DNA of 63,718 nucleotides from Eubacteriales bacterium (GTDB lineage: Bacteria; Bacillota; Clostridia; Oscillospirales; CAG-272): NCBI GenBank assembly GCA_045531485.1, contig JAZSEC010000061.1, forward strand, positions 1 to 63,718, written 5' to 3'. A model generated the notes under the pieces. It searched no databases. It was not told the DNA's origin and was given only the letters and a program-made list of their open reading frames with translations. This document shows positions 42,153-50,033 of the stretch, piece by piece. The translations under genes and the position numbers were made by a program. Each line of letters opens with the position of its first letter. Position 1 is the first letter of the stretch.

Positions 42153-44855
42153 TTATTCCTCTCTCTTGCCCTTTCTGTTGGTTTTCATAGCGGTCTTTGC
42201 GGTGTCAAATCTTACGCTTGTCATATGACTGTCGGGCATATCCTTTTCGGTGAAGTGCTTGCCGTAATATGCGTTAAGATACATCTGCTTGATCTCACTC
42301 ATAAGGGGATAACGGGGGTTTGCACCGGTGCACTGATCGTCGAATGCCTGCTCAACCATCTCGTCGAGGGTTTCGAGGAAGTAGCCTTCATCAACGCCGT
42401 AATCTTTGATGCGGGACTTGATGCCTACTCTTGCCTTAAGCTTGTTTATGGCAGAGATAAGGTTTTCTACCTTGTTTTCGGTCTTTCTGCCGCCGAAACC
42501 GAGGGCATCTGTAATCTCGGCATATCTCTCTGCGGTCTTGGGATGATCATACTGGGAGAAGGTACCCATCTTTGCAGGAGCATCGCAGGAGTTAAAGCGA
42601 ATAACCTCCTCAATCATAAGTGCGTTTGCTACGCCGTGGGGCAGGTGGTGGAAGGCACCAAGCTTATGTGCCATAGAGTGACATACACCGAGGAAGGCGT
42701 TGGCAAATGCCATACCTGCCTGGGTTGCGGCGTTCGCCATTTTTTCTCTTGCGATAACGTCGGTATCGCCATGCTCGTATGCTCTGGGCAGATACTCGAA
42801 TATGGTCTTAAGAGCACCGAGGCACAGACTGTCGGTGTAGTCGGTCGCCATCATGGAGGCGTAAGCCTCAAGTGCGTGGGTAACTGCGTCAATACCCGAC
42901 GCTGCGGTAAGGCCGCGGGGTGCAGACATGTGAAGGTCGGTGTCGATTATTGCCATATCGGGCATAAGCTCGTAGTCGGCAAGGGGATACTTGACGCCGG
43001 TCTGCTCGTCGGTAATAACTGCGAAGGGAGTAACCTCACTACCCGTACCTGCAGAGGTGGGGATGGCGATAAAGTATGCCTTCTCACCCATCTTGGGGAA
43101 GGTGTAGACCCTCTTTCTGATGTCAATAAATCTCATCGCCATATCCATAAAGTCTGCCTCGGGATGCTCGTAGAGAACCCACATAATCTTTGCCGCGTCC
43201 ATAGCCGAGCCGCCGCCGAGGGCGATAATGGTATCGGGGGCAAAGGCGGTCATCTGCTTTGCACCCTCCTTTGCATTTGCAAGGGTGGGATCGGGCTGAA
43301 CGCCCCAGAAGGATGCGTGTGCGATGCCGAGGCTGTCAAGCTTGTCGGTGATTGGCTTTGTATAACCGTTGTTGTAAAGGAATTCGTCGGTGACGATAAA
43401 TACTCTCTTAGAGCCTCTGACCGTCTTAAGCTCGTCGAGAGCAACGGGCAGACAGCCCTTTTTGATATAAATTTTCTCGGGAGCTCTGAACCAAAGCATA
43501 TTTTCTCTCCTCTCTGCCACGGTCTTGATGTTGATAAGGTGCTTTACGCCTACGTTTTCGGATACGCTGTTGCCGCCCCAGGAGCCACAGCCAAGGGTCA
43601 GCGAGGGAGCAAGACGGAAGTTGTAAAGGTCACCGATACCGCCCTGTGCCGCAGGTGTGTTTACAAGTATACGGCAGGTCTTCATTCGTGCCGCGAAGGC
43701 GTTAAGCTTTTCCTTCTCGGTCGCATCGTTGATATATATAGAGGAGGTGTGACCGTAGCCACCGTCGGCAACCAGTCGGTCAGCCTTGTCAAGTGCGTCG
43801 GCAAAGTCCTTCGCCCTATACATAGCCAGTACGGGAGAGAGCTTCTCGTGGGCAAATTCCTCAGAGATGTCAACGCTCTCCACCTCACCTATAAGGATCT
43901 TAGTTCCCTCGGGAACCTCGACGCCTGCAAGGGTGGCAATATTATATGCACTCTGTCCTACGATCCTTGCGTTAAGCGAGCCGTTTATGATGATGGTTTT
44001 TCTAACCTTGTCAAGCTCCTCGCCGTGAAGGAAGTAGCAGCCTCTGTTAGCAAACTCCTCCTTGACCGCCTCATACACCTCGTCAAGCACGATAACCGAC
44101 TGCTCGGAGGCACAGATCATTCCGTTGTCGAAGGTCTTACTGTGAATTACCGAGCTTACGGCAAGGAAAATATCAGCCGAGCCGTCGATGATTGCAGGTG
44201 TATTTCCCGCACCTACGCCAATGGCGGGCTTGCCGGAGGAGTATGCACTCTTTACCATTCCGGGACCTCCGGTGGCAAGGATAATGTCCGCCTCCTTCAT
44301 AACGGTGTTCGTCATTTCAAGAGAGGGGGCGTCGATCCAACCGATAATTCCCTCGGGAGCTCCTGCCTTAACGGCTGCCTCAAGCACCACCTTCGCTGCC
44401 GCGATGGTAGAGTTCTTTGCTCTGGGGTGGGGGCTGATGATAATACCGTTTCTGGTCTTAAGTGCCAGAAGGGTCTTGAATATTGCGGTAGAGGTGGGGT
44501 TTGTCGTAGGAATTACCGCCGCGATAACGCCGATAGGCTCGGCAATTTTCTTAATTCCGTAGGCCTTGTCCTCTTCGATAACACCGCAGGTCTTGGTGTC
44601 CTTATATGCGTTGTAGATATACTCTGCGGCATAGTGGTTTTTAATAACCTTATCTTCTACGATGCCCATGCCTGTTTCTGCAACCGCAAGCTTTGCAAGC
44701 GATATTCTCGCCTTGTCAGCCGCACTCGCCGCAGCGAGAAAGATTTTGTCTACCTCTTCCTGGGTGTAGGTGGCGAATTTTCTTTGTGCCCCTCTGATGC
44801 TACCGATAGCAGCCTCAAGGCTTTCGATACTGTCTACTGTCCTGTAATTTTCCAT
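42153..44855 (-). CDS. adhE: Bifunctional acetaldehyde-CoA/alcohol dehydrogenase
   Basis: 900 aa with an N-terminal ALDH domain and a C-terminal iron-ADH domain (GGGSAMDAAK, HxxxH). Start moved to MENYRTVDS (44855), which has a GGAGA RBS. Confidence 0.97.
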   Translation of the reverse strand: MENYRTVDSIESLEAAIGSIRGAQRKFATYTQEEVDKIFLAAASAADKARISLAKLAVAETGMGIVEDKVIKNHYAAEYIYNAYKDTKTCGVIEEDKAYGIKKIAEPIGVIAAVIPTTNPTSTAIFKTLLALKTRNGIIISPHPRAKNSTIAAAKVVLEAAVKAGAPEGIIGWIDAPSLEMTNTVMKEADIILATGGPGMVKSAYSSGKPAIGVGAGNTPAIIDGSADIFLAVSSVIHSKTFDNGMICASEQSVIVLDEVYEAVKEEFANRGCYFLHGEELDKVRKTIIINGSLNARIVGQSAYNIATLAGVEVPEGTKILIGEVESVDISEEFAHEKLSPVLAMYRAKDFADALDKADRLVADGGYGHTSSIYINDATEKEKLNAFAARMKTCRILVNTPAAQGGIGDLYNFRLAPSLTLGCGSWGGNSVSENVGVKHLINIKTVAERRENMLWFRAPEKIYIKKGCLPVALDELKTVRGSKRVFIVTDEFLYNNGYTKPITDKLDSLGIAHASFWGVQPDPTLANAKEGAKQMTAFAPDTIIALGGGSAMDAAKIMWVLYEHPEADFMDMAMRFIDIRKRVYTFPKMGEKAYFIAIPTSAGTGSEVTPFAVITDEQTGVKYPLADYELMPDMAIIDTDLHMSAPRGLTAASGIDAVTHALEAYASMMATDYTDSLCLGALKTIFEYLPRAYEHGDTDVIAREKMANAATQAGMAFANAFLGVCHSMAHKLGAFHHLPHGVANALMIEEVIRFNSCDAPAKMGTFSQYDHPKTAERYAEITDALGFGGRKTENKVENLISAINKLKARVGIKSRIKDYGVDEGYFLETLDEMVEQAFDDQCTGANPRYPLMSEIKQMYLNAYYGKHFTEKDMPDSHMTSVRFDTAKTAMKTNRKGKREE

Positions 44856-45070
44856 AATATTTTCTCCTGAATGGTTAATGTAATCTAATATAATGGTAGA
44901 AAAAACGGCATAACGTATGCACATTTATTCTTTTTTTTGCGAAAAAGGGAAGAATAAAACCTGGGATAAAGCAATAATAAGCTCACCGCCCGGGGATAAC
45001 GAAGCAACTGCCTTCAGCCTTCCCGCCGCCCTATTTCTTGCTTGTCTTGGTAACTACCCAAGAAATGTTA

Positions 45071-45088
45071 TTGTTAAATTTTTAACAC
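45071..45088. promoter_or_regulatory. Rex operator candidate 1 (over the adhE transcription start region)
   Basis: TTGTTAAATTTTTAACAC matches the clostridial Rex consensus TTGTTAANNNNTTAACAA at 13 of 14 specified positions. It lies just downstream of a minus-strand TGcTACAAT -10 (45103-45098) with TTTACT as -35 (45126-45121). Confidence 0.65.
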
Positions 45089-45167
45089 TCTGATAATATT
45101 GTAGCACAAACCTTTAAAAAAGTAAATTGGCAAAGTGTATAAAGATAATTTTCTTTTGAGGGGTGCT

Positions 45168-45185
45168 TTGTTATATTTTTAACAA
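45168..45185. promoter_or_regulatory. Rex operator candidate 2
   Basis: TTGTTATATTTTTAACAA matches the same consensus at 13 of 14 positions, 97 bp from box 1. Confidence 0.6.
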
Positions 45186-45266
45186 ACAAACGGCTTTACA
45201 TAAGAAAATTACATTGTAGACTGGAGGTTTGTATCTCTTTTGACGGCGATTTTAGGGAATGGGTTT

Positions 45267-45362
45267 AACTCCCTCGTAAGGAAGCCTTTTGGAATAGATC
45301 TTAACTCCCTCAGGAGGGAGCCTTTTGGAATAGATCTCAACTCCCTCAGGAGGGAGCCTGTG
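45267..45362. repeat. 2.7 tandem copies of a 36-bp unit, each containing a CTCCCTC/GAGGGAG hairpin
   Basis: Units start at 45267, 45303 and 45339: AACTCCCTC(A/G)(G/T)(G/A)AGG(G/A)AGCCTTTTGGAATAGATCT(T/C). Copies 2 and 3 are near-identical. Confidence 0.85.
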
Positions 45363-45468
45363 GTTGACCTCTTACGGTGAGTGGGGTTTTAATTCTGTAA
45401 TCTCAGCTCTGAGCTTTCCGTCTATTGAACTATCATGAATGCTCGCTGGCTTTTTGTTGCTTTTGCGA

Positions 45469-45502
45469 TAAAAAAAGGGCCTTCCGTGTGGAAGGTCCTT
45501 TT
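45469..45502 (-). terminator. Intrinsic terminator (mainly minus strand)
   Basis: GGGCCTTCC-GTGT-GGAAGGTCC with an A7/T7 run on the minus-strand downstream side, about 170 nt after the 45675 stop. Confidence 0.7.
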
Positions 45503-45674
45503 GGTAATTTTGGTTTTGATCCATACTGTTTAGGTAAGGATTTTTATACAAGATACAAAAGTCATCGAGATAAAAAGGCATAAAATGTCAATCTCTATTT
45601 ACATTTTATGTGAATTTCGGATAAATCTTGTCGATTTACGCTTCTTGTTGCTATGTAAATTGTGAAAAAATATA

Positions 45675-46613
45675 TTACTTCTTATTTTTCTTTGCCTTTT
45701 CTGCGGCTCTCTTGTCGTTGATGATCTTCATCTCGGGTGCGTCGATCAGGGTAACGTTATTTTCCTTCGCCCAGTCAACACATCCCTTAAGCACTAAGGG
45801 CAGGAATACTCTCGGAACCGCGAGGACGGTCTTAAGAGCCTCGTCGGTAAACTTAACCACGTCGTCCGCACGGTCTGCCGCATATCTGACCGACTCAAGA
45901 GATGCCTCACGCATCTGGAGAAGCTCTGCACGCATCTTGGTCTTTCTGTGGAACCAGAAGTTCTTGGAATCACGGTAGCCGTAGTCAACGGGAAGGGCGG
46001 GGAAGTCCTTTGCCTTAACACCGTTGATAATAGCGTCGGCGTACTTCTTCTTCATAAGGATCTTGTCTACCTTAAGAATGAAGTGAGCACCGAACTTGGA
46101 GGTGATGCCGTTAAAGTCATTGTAGGGAGGCTCATAGCCGGAAAGCTCGCCGGGAAGGAACTTTTCTGCACCCTCAAGCTCACGTACCCAGGTACACTCA
46201 ATAACCTGGATAGCGTCGGAAAGCACCTGGGGTCTTTCCTCACCTGTTTCCTCGTGAATAAGGCTCTTTTCAAGCTTGAACTTGCACTTGGGCATTTTCT
46301 CCTCGGGCTTGTCGCCGGGCCAGGAAAGCTTTACTGCCTCCTTGAAGGTCTTGGGATTATCGTCGATAAAGTTAAGTGCACACTTTCCGTTGCGGAGAAT
46401 GTTCTGTGCAGTGTTCGACGAGTTGCGGCAGCAGAGAAGCATTGCATAATAATCCTTTCCTGCTACGTAATAGGGCTGAATGAGGGAGTAGGGGCCAAGG
46501 TTGGTGCTACCGTCCTCACAGAGAGTGCTGATAACCACAGTGGGCATAGGGAAATACAGAGAGGTCTGATAGAAGTTGTCCACTATGCGAAGATTTTCAA
46601 AGCTGCTCATCAT
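45675..46613 (-). CDS. Hypothetical protein with N-terminal flavin-reductase-like (split-barrel) region
   Basis: A PMPTVVISTL...GSTNLGPYS pattern resembles flavin reductase-like domains. The C-terminal 130 aa are unassigned. Judged by eye only. Confidence 0.4.
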   Translation of the reverse strand: MMSSFENLRIVDNFYQTSLYFPMPTVVISTLCEDGSTNLGPYSLIQPYYVAGKDYYAMLLCCRNSSNTAQNILRNGKCALNFIDDNPKTFKEAVKLSWPGDKPEEKMPKCKFKLEKSLIHEETGEERPQVLSDAIQVIECTWVRELEGAEKFLPGELSGYEPPYNDFNGITSKFGAHFILKVDKILMKKKYADAIINGVKAKDFPALPVDYGYRDSKNFWFHRKTKMRAELLQMREASLESVRYAADRADDVVKFTDEALKTVLAVPRVFLPLVLKGCVDWAKENNVTLIDAPEMKIINDKRAAEKAKKNKK

Positions 46614-46790
46614 TTTTCTCCTTGATTTGATAAAATTTTATATGTTTAACTTATTATACGCCTTATTTAAACAAATGTCAAGCATTTATCTTTTATATTT
46701 ATCCGCCGCCCACAGATACCGACGGGGGATATTGAATATTTGTGCATTGTGCATTGTTTTTTCGGTAATATTTTATGAATCTTATAGGTA

Positions 46791-46819
46791 TTGACATATT
46801 TTTTGGGTTGTGCTAATAT
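46791..46819 (+). promoter_or_regulatory. Sigma-A promoter of the SGNH esterase gene
   Basis: TTGACA (46791-46796), 17-nt spacer, TGcTAATAT (-10 at 46814-46819). Confidence 0.6.
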
Positions 46820-46857
46820 ATAGGTAGATAAAATATTATGAAAAAGAGGATAAGATA

Positions 46858-49047
46858 ATGAAAAAACTGATCAGCTTGATTCTGGTAATAATGCTCGTCC
46901 TTTCGCTTGCATCCTGCTCGGTGATCGAAAAGATTCCCGGACTTAGTGATATCATCGGAGGTATCGGTGACAATGATGGCGATGACATTGGCGACGGTGA
47001 TGATACACCCGGCGTTGACAATGAGGGCGGCGATGACGTAAAGCCCGACGTTCCCGACAATGGCGGTGATGACGTAAAGCCCGACGTTCCCGATGAGGGT
47101 GGCGACGAGGTGATTCCCGATGAGGGAAACGGCGATGATCCCGATGGCGGAAACGGTGACGACTCCGGTACGGTTGATCCTCACAAGCACAGCTTCATAG
47201 ACGGCAAGTGCGAGTGCGGCGAGGTTGCTCCCGAGTGCGAGGGCTGTACCGATGCTGACGGTGACGCGATCTGTGACGTATGCGGTAGAGGAATGATCGT
47301 TCCTCCCGAGCTTCGTACACCCGTAGTATTCCTTGCTGGCGACTCTACCGTAAAGACTTATGATGACGGTCAGTATATCGGTGGCTGGGGTCAGTTCCTC
47401 TCTCTCTTCCTCGGTGAGGAGGTTGTAGTAAAGAACGCGGCTCACGGCGGCAGAAGCTCCCGTTCCTTCATTAACGAGGGCAGACTTTACGATATCGAGG
47501 GATCTAGCTTTACCTTCTCTCAGAATGGTGGAAACTCCATCGCCGATGAAATAAAGGAAGGCGACTATCTCTTCATTCAGTTCGGTCACAATGACGACGA
47601 TACGAAGGCGTCTAACTATTCCACAATGTACGATAGAATGGTTCCCCTTGGCGAGCCTGATGCAAACGGTATTTATCCCGTGACCCCCGCTGAGAAGATG
47701 CCTACCACCTATCTTCCCGAGGCATATACCTCCAAGGCTACCGACGCGGAGGAGTCTACTGCTCTTTCCACTATTGCAAAGTACGGCTCTGAGTATTACG
47801 CCTACGGCAGCGGTACTTATAAGTGGTATCTTAAGCAGTATATTGATTTTGCAAGAAGCGTGGGTGCTATCCCCGTTCTTGTAACACCCGTTGCACGAGT
47901 TAAATTCAATTCAAGCGGCGAGATCATCGGCGGTGCAGGTCTCCACGGCGAGAACTTTGCATACGTTCAGGCGGTTCGTCAGCTGGCAGAGGAGGAGGAT
48001 TGCCTTCTTATCGACCTCTTCGCTGACAGTAAGGAAATTCTTGAGGCGGCAACTCCCACGTTTGCGAATTATCTTATGGCACTTAAGCCTAACGAGCTTT
48101 TAGGTGCTTGGCCCTCCGGCTACGACGCAGCTTACGGTAATACCGAGGCAGGCTACACCGGTATTGAAGCGACCCATTATAACAAGTACGGTGCGTTCAT
48201 TCAGGCTGCCGCGGTGGCAGAGCATATTATCGGTAATGCGGATTCCTTCCGTGGACTTGCTGAGTTTGTAAACACCGCTCCTCACTCCTATATCGATCCC
48301 TCCAACCTTATCGGCAAGAACACCGTAGCCGCTATTGAGGGACTCTTCGAGCTGGTCAACGTAACCAACCCTGACAGAAAATACGCAGATCCTATGGACG
48401 TGGTGGCTAAGATCAACGAGCTTGACACCGTGGGCGAGATCACCAACGATAACTACGTAGAGGTCGGTCTGATGTGTGAGGAGATCAGACTTGCATACTA
48501 CGGCCTTAACGTAGACGATCAGCCTCTCGTAACCAACCTTGATAAGCTTGAGGCGGCTGAGGCTAAAGTAAAGGAGCTTGAGATCGCCAACAGACCCGCT
48601 CCCTCAAGGGTGGTTATCTTCGATGCAGACGATCTTACCCTTGATAAGTACACCGAAACGGTGGTTGAGGGCGATTTTACCCTTGTTGCCACCTCGGATA
48701 AGGCGATGGATAAGAAGTCCAAGACCGCTGCCTTCACCTATAACGGCAACACCTATGAGAACTCCTACGGCCTTAGCGTAGGCGGTAAGGCATCCTTCGG
48801 CTCTAACAGATACATTTCCTTCACCGTTGACGGCCCCTGTGTGATCACTATTGCGGTTCAGTCCTCGGGCAGCTCGGTGAGAACCCTTACCCTTGTTGAT
48901 TCCGGCAAGGCGACCGTTGGCTCTTACGAGGCGGGCGTAAGCCTTACCGTATCCTCCATCGAGGTTGAAAAGGCAGGAACCTACTCCGTAGGTAGTGCAG
49001 GAAGCGGTATGTACATCTTCGCGATTATTATCGAATATTTTGAATAA
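46858..49047 (+). CDS. Lipoprotein: acidic repeat plus Cys module plus SGNH/GDSL hydrolase (rhamnogalacturonan acetylesterase-like) plus C-terminal beta-rich domain
   Basis: Lipobox LASC. SGNH blocks FLAGDSTV, HGGRSS and FGHNDD. Confidence 0.7.
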   Translation: MKKLISLILVIMLVLSLASCSVIEKIPGLSDIIGGIGDNDGDDIGDGDDTPGVDNEGGDDVKPDVPDNGGDDVKPDVPDEGGDEVIPDEGNGDDPDGGNGDDSGTVDPHKHSFIDGKCECGEVAPECEGCTDADGDAICDVCGRGMIVPPELRTPVVFLAGDSTVKTYDDGQYIGGWGQFLSLFLGEEVVVKNAAHGGRSSRSFINEGRLYDIEGSSFTFSQNGGNSIADEIKEGDYLFIQFGHNDDDTKASNYSTMYDRMVPLGEPDANGIYPVTPAEKMPTTYLPEAYTSKATDAEESTALSTIAKYGSEYYAYGSGTYKWYLKQYIDFARSVGAIPVLVTPVARVKFNSSGEIIGGAGLHGENFAYVQAVRQLAEEEDCLLIDLFADSKEILEAATPTFANYLMALKPNELLGAWPSGYDAAYGNTEAGYTGIEATHYNKYGAFIQAAAVAEHIIGNADSFRGLAEFVNTAPHSYIDPSNLIGKNTVAAIEGLFELVNVTNPDRKYADPMDVVAKINELDTVGEITNDNYVEVGLMCEEIRLAYYGLNVDDQPLVTNLDKLEAAEAKVKELEIANRPAPSRVVIFDADDLTLDKYTETVVEGDFTLVATSDKAMDKKSKTAAFTYNGNTYENSYGLSVGGKASFGSNRYISFTVDGPCVITIAVQSSGSSVRTLTLVDSGKATVGSYEAGVSLTVSSIEVEKAGTYSVGSAGSGMYIFAIIIEYFE
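47026..47133 (+). repeat. In-frame 36-bp tandem repeat (about 3 copies)
   Basis: GGDDVKPDVPDN / GGDDVKPDVPDE / GGDEVIPDEGNG. Copies 1 and 2 are nearly identical at the DNA level. Confidence 0.85.
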
Positions 49048-49101
49048 AAACACGTTTTTGACAATTATAATTTACAAAAATACATAAAAGGAGGGGTAAA
49101 A

Positions 49102-49803
49102 ATGACTTCTTCAGAATTAAAACAAAGAGCAAGAGATGCTCTGTCAGGCAACTGGTTTATTGCCGTTATTGCAGGCTTTGTCGCCGCACTCCTCGGAGGA
49201 ATAAACAGTGGCGGCGGATCGGTTGAATTTGAGTTCTCGGGTGAGGAGGCAGAAGGCATAGAGCTGGAGGCCCTTCTTGCACAGCTTGGCATAACGCACG
49301 AGATCCTCAGCGTTATTCTTGCGGCCCTTGGTGCCTTCGCTCTCATTATGATGGTTTACGGCATCGTCTGCATTATCGTAGGTAGCGGCGTCAGCGTTGG
49401 CTATGCACAGTTCAACCTTGATCTCATTGACGGACGCTCTACGTCGGTTGGCACTCTCTTCAGCTGCTTTGACCGTTGGGGCAAGGCCTTTGTTGCAAGG
49501 CTTCTCACCTCGCTGTTCATAACGCTCTGGTCTTTACTCTTCGTCATTCCCGGCATTATTGCTTCGTACAGCTATTCTATGGTCAGCTATATTCTGGCTG
49601 AAAATCCCGGCATGTCCGCATCCGAGGCTATCCGCGAGTCAAAGAGGCTTATGCAGGGCAACAAATGGCGTCTGTTCTGCCTGGATCTCAGCTTTATCGG
49701 CTGGTCCTTCGTATGCATTTTCACTCTCGGTATCGCATCGCTCTGGGTTCTTCCTTATACTCAGGCTTCCCGTGCGGCATTCTACCGCGAGATAAGTGCC
49801 TAA
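49102..49803 (+). CDS. DUF975 family membrane protein
   Basis: N-terminal ELKQRARDALSGNW motif, 4-5 TM helices and 233 aa fit DUF975. Confidence 0.65.
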   Translation: MTSSELKQRARDALSGNWFIAVIAGFVAALLGGINSGGGSVEFEFSGEEAEGIELEALLAQLGITHEILSVILAALGAFALIMMVYGIVCIIVGSGVSVGYAQFNLDLIDGRSTSVGTLFSCFDRWGKAFVARLLTSLFITLWSLLFVIPGIIASYSYSMVSYILAENPGMSASEAIRESKRLMQGNKWRLFCLDLSFIGWSFVCIFTLGIASLWVLPYTQASRAAFYREISA

Positions 49804-49825
49804 GCTTTAATCCTGCTTTTATCGG

Positions 49826-49854
49826 GGCTCTCTCCTTTTGGGGAGAGCCTTTGA
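49826..49854 (+). terminator. Intrinsic terminator
   Basis: GGCTCTCTCC-TTTT-GGGGAGAGCC followed by TTTG. Confidence 0.7.
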
Positions 49855-49973
49855 TATACCATAAAAAGCAATTTTGACGGCGTAAAACTGCAAATGTTGC
49901 ATAAAAACGCCCTTTAATATATGTTAAAATGCAACAAAAAATCATCTTGACTGCAAAAAAGCCCCAAAATCGC

Positions 49974-50002
49974 TTGTAAAAAAATAACAGATGTGCTACA
50001 AT
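49974..50002 (+). promoter_or_regulatory. Sigma-A promoter of the metallopeptidase gene
   Basis: TTGTAA (49974-49979), 17-nt spacer, TGcTACAAT (-10 at 49997-50002). Confidence 0.55.
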
Positions 50003-50033
50003 ATTTGCATATTTATTTCAGGAGGCAAATACT

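Noticed and set aside
41796-44870. 1024-aa ORF on the plus strand, the longest ORF in this part of the track
   Set aside because: It is exactly antisense to adhE, whose identity is unambiguous. Its translation is low-complexity (Gly/Val/Cys/Leu-rich), and it has no RBS and no recognisable motifs. It is a shadow ORF produced by the codon bias of the sense gene.
45267-45362. Possible mini-CRISPR array (regularly spaced hairpin repeats)
   Set aside because: The segments between the hairpins are themselves repeated, so this is a tandem 36-bp repeat with no unique spacers. There are only 2.7 units and no cas genes.
45372-45581. 69-aa minus-strand ORF in the adhE upstream region
   Set aside because: It spans the terminator at 45469-45502, has no RBS and has no recognisable features, so it is most likely non-coding.
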